From assembly GCF_009914755.1 (NCBI RefSeq), contig NC_060933.1: a DNA stretch of 64,000 nucleotides; one strand, 5' to 3'. Position 1 is the stretch's first letter. Each line of letters opens with the position of its first letter. Below are positions 11,990-24,039 of this stretch, in pieces. The notes under the pieces were generated by a model. The model saw nothing but the letters and a program-made list of their open reading frames with translations, searched no databases and was not told where the DNA came from. This DNA comes from the human T2T-CHM13v2.0 reference genome, Homo sapiens. The position numbers and the translations under genes are program-made.

Positions 11990-14960
11990 AATTTCTGACA
12001 ACATGACAGACTAGATAAAAAAAAAGTAATAGATACAATATTAAAACATCTCTTTAAATTTATCGCTGAGAATATACCTTAACAGAATAAAGGCTATATA
12101 TGACAAACCTGCAGCTATCATACTCAATGGAAGAAAATTGAAAGCTTTCCCTCTAAGATCCAAAACTAGACAAGGATATTCACTCTTACCACTTCTACTG
12201 ACCACAGTATTGGCAGTCCTAGCCAGAGCAATTACACAAGAAAAATAAATAAAAAGGCATCTGAATCAGAAAGGATAAAGTTAAATTGTCTATGATTGCA
12301 AATGACATAATTTTATACATAGAAATTCCTAAAAACTTCTGAGAACTAATAAACAAATTTAGTTAAGTTGCAGAATAAAAAATTAGTAGTGTTCCTATAC
12401 GTGAACATCAAACTATATAAAAATGAAATAAAATAGTTTCATTTATAATAGGGAAACAATCCCATTTATAATAAGTATACAATTCCATTTATACTACAAC
12501 AAATACTTAGGAATAAATGTAACCAAGAAGGTTAATCATATGTACACTGAAAACTAGAAAGCACTCATGAAAGAAATTAAAGAAGATACAAATAAATTGA
12601 AAGATATTCTATTTATGAATTAGAAGATTTAATATTGTTAAAATGACTGTACTGTTCAGAGCAATCTACAAATTTAATGCAATCCCTATTAAAATACCAA
12701 TGACATTTTTCACAGAAATAGAAAAATGTCCTAAAATTTGTATGGAACCACAAAAGATTTGAAAATGCAAAAACAGTTTTGAACGAGAATAGCAAAGTTA
12801 GAGGCACCACATTACCTAACTTCAAAATATACTATAAAGCAATAGTAACCAAAACAGCCTGGTACTATCATAAAAATAGACATGTAGACCAATGGAACAA
12901 AATAGAGAGCCCAGAAATAAACCTACACTTTTATAGCCATATAATTTTTAACAAAGATGCCAGGAACACAAAGTAGAGAAAGAATGGTCTCTTCAATAAA
13001 TGGTGCTGGAAAAACTGAACATCTACATACAGAAGAATGAAATTAGACCCATATCTTATATCATATACAAAAGTCAACTCAATGTAGATTAAAGACTTTA
13101 AGTGCAGAACCTGAAACTATAAAACTACTAGAAGAAAACATATTGGAAAAGCTTCATGACATAAGTCTAAGCAATTTTTTTATATGACCACAAAAACACA
13201 GGTGACAAAACCAACAATGGGTGAATGGAATTACATCAAATTAAAAATTTCTGCACAGCAAAGGAAACAACAGACTCAAGAGAGAAACTACAGAATAGGA
13301 GAAAATATATGCCAACTATACCTCAGATAAAGGGTTCATATACAAACTGTACAATCAACTCAAACAACTCAATAGCAATAAAACAAATAACCTGATTTAA
13401 AAATGAGCAAAGATCTGAATAGGTGTTTCTGAAAATAACACATACAAATGGCTAATATTTTCAATGGTATATGAAAAATATGTTCAACGTTATTATTTGT
13501 CAGGGAATTGCAAATCAAAATAATGAGACGTCACCACATACCTGTCAGAGTGGTTATTATAAAAAAAGACAAAAGATAACAAGTGTTGGTGAGGACGTAG
13601 AGGAAAGTTAACCCTAGCACACTGTGGGTAGGAGTGTAAATTAGTGCAGCCATCATGGAAAACAATATGAAGTTCCTTAAAAAAACAAAAATAGATTTAT
13701 ATGATTCAGCAATTCCACTACCGGATATATAGCCAAGGAAAATGAAATAAGTGTGTTAAAGAAACATCTGCATTTCCATATTTATTGCAGCACTATTCAT
13801 GACAGGCATGATATGGAATCAGTCCAAGCATCCATCAGTGGAAGAATGAATAAAGAAAATGCAGTGCATTTCTTTATAAGGCAAACAATGGGATACTATT
13901 CAGCCACGAAGAATGAAATCTTGTAATTTGCAACAACGTCTATTAACCTGGAGGACATTATCTTAAGTGAAACAAACCAGGAACAGAAAGACAACTACAA
14001 CATGATCTCACTTAAGTTAAATCTAAAAAAATTTGATCTCATAGAAATGGACTACAATGGTGATTACCATGGGCTGAGGCAGTTGGGAGAGAAAGGGGAG
14101 CTGTTGATTAAAAGATACACAATAACAGTTACGTAGGAAAAATAAGTTCAAGAGGTCTCACTAATACAACATGATTACTACAGTTAATGATGACATATTG
14201 TATTCTTAAAAATGCTGATAAAGTGGATGTGTTCTCACTGCAAAATATTAACTATGTGAGGTAATGCATATATTAATAGGTAGATTTAACCAATCTACAA
14301 TTGATATATACTTCAAAATATCATGCTATACATGATAAATACATACAATTATATCATCTATTTAAATAAATAAAATTGAAAAAATTAAAAATACAAAAAT
14401 ATAAATACAAATAAGTTGGTAGAAAAAATAAATTTATAGCTCAACTATAAAGAGGACCAAAAAGGTCAAAAACCACAAAAAGTACAAACTTGAAAAATGT
14501 ACTAATTGCTGATATCAACATCTGCCCTAAGAATATCTGACTACAGTCCTGAGCCTTTGGCTTTTAATAGGCCTTGTGAGCAGTAGAGTTCGCAATGCCC
14601 AGAGCCTGCACCATATGGGAAGTCAGATAAAATTGCTTACATAAACCTGAGACTCTGAAAGATAACAAATTTGGAGAAGAGATGAGCTAGAAAAACACTC
14701 TCCTGCCCAGAGTGACACAATATGGAAACTTCCCTGTCACAGCCTTTGCTCTGCATAGAAATGGAAAAAAATCTACTAGATAAATTCTCTATGAAAAACT
14801 GGCACACACATATTTTTTGTCCAGGATTTACATTACCTAGGCGACCCAAAAATAAATTTAAAGTGATTCATGTCAGTTGTATCCCAGGCACTTGATAGAA
14901 GTAAATAAATAGTCTCTGCAGAAGCACATCTTAAATAGGTCTCAAAGGATTTCTTTAAAT
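11990..14960 (+). mobile_element. Ancient L1ME-type 5' region, split by the L1MA insertion at 12071-14428
   Basis: TTCTGACAACATGACAGACTAGATA...TTTAAATTTATCGCTGAG start; sequence resumes after the L1MA tail. Confidence 0.5.
12071..14428 (+). mobile_element. L1MA (L1MA5/6-like), 5'-truncated, ~2.35 kb
   Basis: ORF2 remnant (12779-12976: GTTLPNFKIYYKAIVTKTAWY); L1MA 3' UTR (GTGAGGTAATGCATATATTAAT); A-rich tail; degenerate TSD TAAATTTATCGCTGAG (12055-12070) / TAAATTTATAGCTCAA (14429-14444). Confidence 0.9.
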
Positions 14961-15254
14961 ATGTATCCAAAATTCATGAGTTAATTTTAACTTACACTGC
15001 TAGCCACAATGAAGTAATCAGTGTTGAATCTACATTTTCACACTAAACAATTATAAAGCTGGCACTTATCATCAAGATTTTTATAGTCCATAGAGTATAC
15101 GAATTAAATAGGTTTCTTTGCGTAATGAAGTCTGAACAAGACACATTCTTATTTAGATGTGGCTTATGTCACATTAGCAGTATTATATAATAAAATTAAT
15201 AGAAATAGTGAAATAATAGGATATTTAAGCCATTATTTGAGAACATATTTAATA

Positions 15255-15375
15255 TCTGTATCCCATTAGATTATGATATCCATACATGTATATGAGGGAT
15301 TTTTTTATCATTAAATCTTCAGAACCTAGCATGTGGCAAGGTAATCAGTAATATTTGTCGAATGAATGAGTGAAC
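15255..15375 (+). mobile_element. L2 3'-end relic
   Basis: CCTAGCATGTGGC...AATATTTGTCGAATGAATGA terminus. Confidence 0.6.
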
Positions 15376-15384
15376 ATAATATGT

Positions 15385-15790
15385 GTATTTGTCAGCAGAA
15401 ATTTGACTGGGGTGTGGTAGTACAGTCTCCAAACCTCGCTGACTTAGAAAGAAAACTTTATTTGTTTTTGCATGGTGAGTCCACTGATGGTTTGTGTAAC
15501 TCTCAGGGACAGTTTTCTTTCATGCACTTATTCAGAAATCCAGGTTGTTTAGGTATTACAGATCTATCAGCTCAAATTTGAGATCTTCCCTCTGATTAAT
15601 ATAGCAGGGGAAATGAAAAACAGAATTGTGTGAGGGCTTTTTATTGCCATAGCCCGGAAGAAACACATGCTACTTCATATTATATTTATTAGTCAGAACT
15701 AGTCACATGATTCTTTTTAATTGCAAGGAGGCCTGAGAAATATAGGAATAGAAATTAAGTAGCTAGTTGGCATGATTGCTTCTTTCTCCA
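15385..15790 (-). mobile_element. Old MLT1 (K/L-like) LTR
   Basis: TCAGAACTAGTCACATG...TGCAAGGAGGCCTGAGAAAT motif typical of reverse-strand MLT1K/L. Confidence 0.6.
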
Positions 15791-16734
15791 TATTTATTCA
15801 ATAAAAGTTAATCAAATGAACAAGTGAATGAATGAATAAAGATAGACTAATTGAAACATATGTTTATAACTCAGCCTAGTCTCTGGCAACCAATGCCTAC
15901 TACCTCCAGATCTTCTATTTAATTAGTATAATTAAATAGAATTTTTAAGGTTGGTTTCTAGGTAATGCAATCTTACATTTTTCTAGGTTCTAAAGTTTTA
16001 ATTCCTTTTCACTTTACAACTGCATAATGATACTGACATCTTTCATCAGTAGGTAAGTGTCTTTAAAGACACTTAATCATCTGCTTTAAAGATGCTCACT
16101 TTAATCCTTATACATTCAAAGTCCATTATGAAATGTAGTAACTTAGGAACCAAATAGCATATGGACTTCTTTGATGGCCACATTTATAAGAAAAAGTCTG
16201 CTCTATAATTTCATCCTTCATCTTTCCGAACAATTTAAAAGGAGACTTTGAAACTTCACTTTTTAAAGCCTTTAATTATAAGCCAATTGCTTTCCTAGAT
16301 AGAAAGTGCCTGAAATATATATTCCTTTAATAATTACATTTTTAATGAAATGAAGCGTGTTTCATAAGAAAAAAATATTACAGAAAAGGGAAAAGAGCAG
16401 GTAAGAATTGTGTGTGTAAAATTTAAAAAAAAATGTTAATTGGGCTGCTAGAATCAAAGTTAAGTCAGACCTTTATATATTAATGAAAAGATAATTACAA
16501 CTTTTTTGTTATTATACTTGGCATATTAGGAAAGATGTATCCAGTATTCCAACTCTGGGGTCTCTGAAATTTCATAATTTCTTAAAGGTAATAATGGTTA
16601 TATTCAGTATTTAAAAAAATAATGGATATTATCACTGTTTCCCAAAGTTATTCAAGCTAAATAAATACAATTACTTGATTTGGAATGTATTTAGTCAGTG
16701 TAATGATATTGGTCATTTTATGCTGAGGCAAACA

Positions 16735-16905
16735 GGGTAGTGGATGAACCATACTGACTAGATTTCAAATCCTCGTTCAATTACTAACTGAATTATAATC
16801 AGGGTACTTGAGCAAATTAATTTTTCTTATTTCCAATTTTCTCATCTATAAAATGAAAGTCCTAACAATCATACACCATAGTTTGGGGATTAATAAGATA
16901 ACTCA
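16735..16905 (+). mobile_element. MIR SINE
   Basis: Core motif TTGAGCAAATTAATT...TTTCTCATCTATAAAATG. Confidence 0.7.
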
Positions 16906-17468
16906 ATTAAGGTAGACCAAAAATATAGTTTCTTCAAAACTAAAAGTGTATTGTGAAACTGTGGAGAACAAAAGAAGGCAGAACATGAAATATTCCATAG
17001 TCCTGTGGTTTTCCAGAAAAGACCCTTTAAGAGAAAACAATAATAAAAGCAAGAGAAATTTTGCCTTGTTTGTTGAGGTTTTTAGATGTCATTGGGCATA
17101 TCATGTACAAGTAAATATTATGTTAATAACCTGGAAAAGAATTACTTGTAGGGGTAGCCTGACACTAGTGGGTGCTCAATAGTCTTTTTATTTTCTGAAC
17201 AATTTGCTTAATGCTTGGTTTTATGATTTATGGTGCTGTACTTAATAGGTGTATTTTGTTTAATTATATATGTAAGAGGTGTGTGATGTAACTCAGTTCA
17301 TAAACAATGAAACTGACTATAGATGGACCTCATTTTTGTTTCACTCCCACCCACTGCCCTCCAGGATGCCTAAGGAGGACATGGTGAAGAGCACAGTGCT
17401 TGTAGAGAGAAGAATCTTCATTTAGTGGATCTATGACAAAGGTCAGGAAAAGGAACTTCAAAGGTGGT

Positions 17469-17536
17469 TATATTGTATCCTAGGCCTGCCATAAGAAAGT
17501 TCCACAATCTGGATAGCTTAGAAAAACAGAAATTTT
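17469..17536 (-). mobile_element. MLT1 (A-C-like) LTR terminal fragment
   Basis: TCCTAGGCCTGCCATAAGAAAGTTCCACAATCTGGATAGCTTAGAAAAACAGAAATTT; truncated at the L1 junction. Confidence 0.65.
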
Positions 17537-20500
17537 CAGTTTTTCAAGAAATCTCCATACCGATTTCCATAGCGGTTGTACTAATTTACATTCCTGTCTC
17601 CCAGAAATGGGAATGCTACAGTAAGCATTCCCATTTCTCCACATCTTCACCAAAATCTGTTGTTGCCTTTAGGCAATCTGTTGTATGCCTTTGTATGCCA
17701 TAGATTGCCTTTTTATTCCGCTGATACTTTCTTTTGCCGGGCAGAAGCTCTTTAGTTTAATTAAGTCCCATTTGTCAATTTTTGTTGCAATTACTTTTGA
17801 GGACTTAGCCATAAACTCTATACCAAAACCAACGTCGAGAAGGATTATTTCTAGGTTTTCTTCTAGAAATTTTATAATTTGAGGTCCTACATTTAAATTA
17901 TTGGTCTATTTTGAGTTAATATTTGTACATGTTGAAAAGGTAGGGGTCCATTTTTATTCTCTTGCATATGGCTAGTCAGTTATCCAGCATTACTTATTAA
18001 ATTGAGTGTTTTTATCAACTTTTTAAAATATTAGATGGTTATAGGTAAGCAGCTTTATTTCTGAGTTCCCTATTCTGTTCCATTGATCTATGTATTTGCT
18101 TTTGTACCAGTACCATCCTGTTTTGGTTACTGTAACCTTATAATATAGTTTAAAGTTGGGTAATGTGATGCCTCCAGCTTTGTTATTTTTTCATAGGATT
18201 GCTTTGGCTATTCACATTCTTTTTGGTTCCATATGAATTTTAGAACTTTTTTTTGTTTTGTTGAAAACATGACGTTAGTATTTTGATAAAAATAGTGTTG
18301 AATTTATACAGTGCTTTGAGCAGTATAGCCATTTTAACAATATTGATTCTTCTAGGTCATGATTTATTTTTGCATTTGTTTGTGTCATCTCTGTCCTTCA
18401 GTAGTGTTTTGTAGTTTTCCTTGAAGAGATTTTTCACCTCCTTGGTTAGATGTATTCCTAGATATTTCATGTGTGTGTGTGTGTGTGTGTCATAAATAGA
18501 GTTGCATTCTTGATTTGGCTCTCAGCTAGAATATTATTGGTGTATAGAAATGTTACTTATTTGTATATATTGATTTTATATCCTGAAATTTTACTGAAGT
18601 CATTTATCTGTTCTAGGAGCCTTTTGGCAGAATCTTTAGGGTTGTCTAGGTTTAGAATAATATAGCCAGCAAAGAGAGATGGTTTGACTTCTTTTCCTAT
18701 TTGGATGACTTTTATTTCTTTCTCTTGCCTGATTGCTCTGGCTAGATCTTCTGGTACTATGTTGAACGGTGAGGGAAGAGAGTGGGCATCCTCCTCTTGT
18801 TCCAGTTCTCAAGAAGAATGCTTCTAGCTTTTGACCATTCAGTACGATGTTGGCTGTGGGTTTGTCATAGATGGCTCTTACTATTTTGCAGTATGTTCTC
18901 TTGATGCCTAGTGTGTTGAAATTTTTAATCAGGAAGGGATGTTGAATTTTATTGAAGGCTTTCTCTGCATATATTGAGAGGATCGTATGGTTATTGTCTG
19001 TGACTTTGTTTATGGGGTAAATCACATTTATTGATTTGCTTATGTTGAGCAAACCTTATATCCTAGGAATAGAGCCTAGTTGATCATGATGAATTAACTT
19101 TTTATGTGCTGCTAGATTATGTTCGCTGGTATTTTATTCAGGATTTTTGTGTCTATGTTCAGCAGGAATATTGCCATGAAGTTCTCTCTTGACATTGTGC
19201 CCCTGCCAGATTTTTGTATCAGAATTACTCTGGCTTCACAGAATAAGTTAAGGAGGATCCCTCCTTCCTCTATTATTTGTAGAATTGGTACCAGTAAAAT
19301 TGGTCCCAGTTCTTCCTTGTATGTCCGGTAAAATTCAGCTGTGAATTCACATGGTTCAGGGATTTTTTTAGTTGGTAGGTATTTTATTTCTGATTTAATT
19401 TTGGAACTTGTTATTGGTCTGTTTGAATGTTCACTTTTTTTCCTGGTTCTATCTTGGGAGCTTGTGTGTTTCCAGGAATTTATCAATTTTCTTAGATTTT
19501 CTAATTTGTGTGCATATAGCCATTCATACTAGTCTTGAAGGATCTTTTGTATGTCTGTGGGATCTCTTATAATATCAACTTTGTCATTTCTGATTGCGCT
19601 TATTTAAATCTTTTTTTTCTTTGTTTTTCTAGCTGGTAGTCTATCCATCTTGCTTATTATTTTGCAGAACCAACTCTTGGTTTTATTGTTTTCTTTAATG
19701 GATTTTTACTTCCCAATTTCATTCAGTTCTTCCCTGATTTTAATTCTTTTCTCCTGCTAGCTTTGAGATTGGTTTGTTTTCTTTTTTTTCTTTTTTCAGT
19801 TCCTCTAGGTGTGATGTTAGGTTGTTAATCTGAGATCTTTCTAAGTTCTAGATGTATTTAGTGTTATAAACCTTCCTCTTAACACTACTTTAGCTGCATT
19901 GCAAAGATATTGGTTAGTTGTATCTCTATTTTCATTAATTTTGATTTTTTAAAATTTCTGTCTTAATTCCATTGTTTACCCGAGAGTTACTCATGAACAA
20001 GTTGTTCAGTTTCCATGTTTTAGTTTAGTGTTGAAAAATTTTCTTGGTATTGATTTCTATTTTTATTGCACTGTGGTCAAAGTGTGTGTTTGATGTGATT
20101 TTAATTTTTTTGAATTTATTGAGACTTGTTTTATGACCAAGCATGTGGCTGATCTTAGAATATGTTCTCTATGTGGATGAGAAGAATGTATATTCTGTGG
20201 TTGTTGGGTGGAGTATTCTGTAGCTGTCTGTTAGGTCCAATTATTTGAGTTCTAGTGTAAGTTCAGAATTTCTTTGTTAGTTTTCTGCCTTGATGATCTG
20301 TCTAACACTGTCAGTGGGGTGTTGAAATCCTTCATTATTGTGTGGCTGTCTAAATCTTTTTGTAGGTCAATAAAAACTTGTTCTATGAATCTGAGTGCTC
20401 AAATCTTTGGTGTGTATATATTTAGTATAGTTAATTAAGTCTTTTTGTTCAATTGACCCCTTTATAATTATGAAACATCTTTCTTTGTCTCCTCTGATTG

Positions 20501-21855
20501 TTATTGGTTTAAAGTCTGTTTTATCTGATGTAAGAATAGTGACTCCTGCTCTTTTTTGTTTTCTGTTTGCATTGTAGATCTTTGTCAGTCCCTTTACTTT
20601 GAGCCTGTAGGTGTTGTCACACATGAGATGGATCTCTTGAAGACAGCGGAAAGTGTGGTCTTGTCTTTTTATGCAGCTTGCCACCCTGTGCATTTCATGT
20701 GGGGGCATTTAGGCCATATATACTCAGGTTTATTATTAAACTGTAAGATTTTTATTCTATTGTCATGTTATTAGCTGATTGTTTTGTAGACCTGATTGTG
20801 TAATTTCTTTATATTTTCTGTGGGTTATGTGTTTAAATGCCTTTTGTGGTAACAGGTATCAATATTTATTTTAATCTTTAGCGTTCCCTTAAGGACCTCT
20901 TGTAAGGCTGATGTAGTGTTAACAAATTCCCTTGGTGTTTGCTTGTCTGAGAAGGATTTAATATCTCTGTCACTTATGAGCTTAGTTTGGTGGGTTGTGA
21001 AATTCTTAGTTGGAATTTCTTTTCTTGAGCATGCTGGAAATAGTTCCATAATCCCTTCTGACTTATAAGGTTTCTGGTGACAGATCTGCTACCAGCCTGA
21101 TGGAATTATCTTTGTAAGTAATCTGATCTTTCTCTCTAGCTGCCTTTAAGATGTTTTTCTTTCATGATGACCTTAGTCAGTTTCATGACTATGTGCCTTG
21201 AAGATGGTCATTTTTTAATAGTATTTCAAAGAAGTTATCTGCATTTCTTGAATTTACATGTCAACCTATATACTGAGATTGGAGAAATTTTCATGGACTA
21301 TGTCCTCAAATATGTTTTCCAAGTTGCTTACTCTCTCTCCTTCTCTCAGGAATGCCAATGAGTCATAGATTTGGTCTCTTTACGTAATCACATATTCTCA
21401 GAGGTTTTGTCTATTTTTAAAAAACTTTTTTTTTATTTTTGTCTGACTGAGTTGATCTGAATAACCAGTCAATGAGCTCTGAGATTTTTTTTTTTTTTAT
21501 TCAGCTTGGTCTATTCTTCTGTTAGTGCTTCAAACTGTGTTATGAAATTCATGTAGTGAAATTCTCAATTCCAGAGTTTCAGTTTGGTTCTTTCTTAAAA
21601 TAGCTATTTTATTTTTCAGCTCTTGGAGTATTTTACTGGATTCCTTAGATTCCTTGAATTGGGTTTTGACATTTTCTGGGATCTCCATGAGCTCTCTTGC
21701 TATCTAGGTTATATATTCTATGTCATTTCAGTCATTTTAATCTGGCTAAGAACCATTGCTTAGGGGCTAGTGTGCTTGTCTGAAGGTAAGGGAACTCTCT
21801 GGCTTCTTAAACTGCCACAGTTCTTGCATGGATTCTTTCTCATTTGAGAGGGCTG

Positions 21856-22322
21856 AATATATATATATTCATATATATATCATCTATATCATCTATATAT
21901 CTATTGATATATATATCATATATATCATCTGTATATCATAGATGATATGTATATCATCTATCCATATATATCAATATCATATATATCATATATGTCATAT
22001 ATCATATATAATAAATATATATGATATATGATATATATGATATTGATCTGAGTTGATCTGAATAATATATATCATATATATCCATATATATCAATAGATA
22101 CATATATGGTATATATGATAGATATGTGAATATATATATTCAGCCCTCTCAAATGAGAAAGAAATCATATATATATATATCACACGCATATGTATGTGTG
22201 ATAGGGTGACATATATATATCATATATATATCATATATATGTCATATATATATCATATATATATCATATATATGTCATATATATCATATATATGTCATAT
22301 ATATATGATATATATATGTGTG
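21856..22322. repeat. Complex (TA)n/(ATATC)n low-complexity repeat at the Alu tail position
   Basis: Directly visible; contains embedded copies of flanking sequence (see findings). Confidence 0.95.
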
Positions 22323-22634
22323 TGTGATAGGGTCTCGCTATGTTACTCATGTCATCCAGGCTTCAGTACAGTGGCATGATCATGGTTCACTGTAGCCTTG
22401 ACCTCTTAGGCTCAAGCAATCCTCCCACCTTAGCCTACCAAGTAGCTGGGACTTCAGGCACATGGGACTACACCTGACTAATTTCTTTTTAAATTTTTTT
22501 TTTCTTTGTAAAGACAGGGCTTTGCCATGTTGCCCAGGCTGGTCTCAAACTCCTGGGCTAGAACGATCCACCTTTCTCAGCCTCCCAAAGTTCTGGGGTT
22601 ACAGGCATAAACCACCACACCACCACACCTGGCT
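22323..22634 (-). mobile_element. AluJ
   Basis: Dimeric Alu with J-type motifs (GGCTCAAGCAATCCTCCCACC, AACTCCTGGGCT). Confidence 0.9.
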
Positions 22635-24039
22635 TGTGGCATATATTAAGTATAGTCATTTTGCCTACTTTCTGGGTGCTTTTAGAGGTGAGGGCTCTGT
22701 ACAGGATCTTTATTTGTGGCTGGTTTCTTACCTTAGGGCTCACTGGCACTTTACTCTGGCAAAATATTTTTGGTGTTGTAATTTGGGCTGCAATCCAGTA
22801 GATGTTACTTAAGGGTGATTGACTGCAGATAGGCTCATAGCCACATGGCTCTTGCATTTTAGTACATTCATAGTAGTGCTCTTTGGTGGTGGGAGTGGGG
22901 AGCAGTGAAGTGGGGAAGAGATGAATCCCTCACTATGTCTTATTCTGGGCTTTGGAGGAACTGCCTCTGATCACTGGTGCCATGCCTGCATTTTCTTTTT
23001 CATGTGTTTTGGGCTATGGGGCTCCCTTGAGCAGAGACCATGGCTGGCATATATGTCACACCCTTCCTGGATTAGCCCTGCAGGGGTAGGCATGCCCTGT
23101 TACTGTGCTGCTCAACAAACCCAGATGTCTTACCCCTCTCAGTGTTCAGAAAGCAGGGCTCTTCCCCCAGTCAGATACCAACAAGCCAGCTAGTCTTGCC
23201 TGGTAAGAGGTCAGGGTTGGGGAGTGTCACATGATCTGGCACCCAGACAGTTCCCTGGGGAATGCAAAGCTGTGCCCACTCACAGAGTTTAGCAGAAATG
23301 GAGTCACTGAGGAAGAAACCCAAGCCAGTGACTCTAGAAGAAATAGCAATCTAAAATGTATATTCACCTGTAAACAGAACTGAGAATGTAAAGTAAAACC
23401 TGCAAAATTCTCATAAGTTTTCTCTGTCCCCTTCTACTGGCCTCAGGGACTGCTGCTTGCACTGCTGAAGGAAGCTGGTATCCACACAGGAACAAGGACC
23501 AGACTAGCAAGAATTCTGAACACTTTGAATCCTCAATATGTTTATATTTTTAAAACTCAAAAACACTCTAAATGATAAATTATCTTGAAATTAGATACAA
23601 ATAATAATAATAGAAGTAATAATAAGTAATAATAAATATACAGTTCAGGATGTTGATTACTTTTGGGAAGATTACACAGGCAAGTCAAAAGAATTAAATA
23701 GGGTAAGGGTACTTAAAGTGAACATACTTTAGAAATATAGTAATATTCTAGTCACTGGTTTGGATTATTGGTTCATTGAATGTTCACTATATTATTAAAC
23801 AAATGAATAATTTAGATAAGTAAATGGATGCAGTAAATCAAAAGGGCCATAAAAAACAAAAAGATAATCAAATATGTCACAAAACAAGGCTTATGATTAA
23901 TCCAATTCTATATGGCTAGGTTCAATGGAGAAAAGATAATTTAGCTACCAAGGATGTATATGAAAGTCATTTAAAACATGAGGTAAAACTGAGATAATCT
24001 AAATGTGCAAAAATAGGAGATTGTTTAAATAAATTGGTA

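Larger units (their letters stand above)
17537..23330 (-). mobile_element. Old primate L1 (L1PA15/16-like) with 5' UTR, ORF1 and ORF2 remnants; 3' UTR missing; interrupted by an AT-rich repeat and an AluJ
   Basis: Minus-strand ORF2 fragments 18636-19052, 19112-19486, 20367-20708; ORF1 C-terminal fragment 20825-21049; ORF2 ATG near 20766; 5' UTR motif GCAATCCAGTAGATG. Confidence 0.88.

Noticed and set aside
21856-22322. Repeat-with-unique-insert pattern as a CRISPR-like array
   Set aside because: Primate DNA, no constant repeat or spacer length, no cas genes; the inserts are copies of local flank
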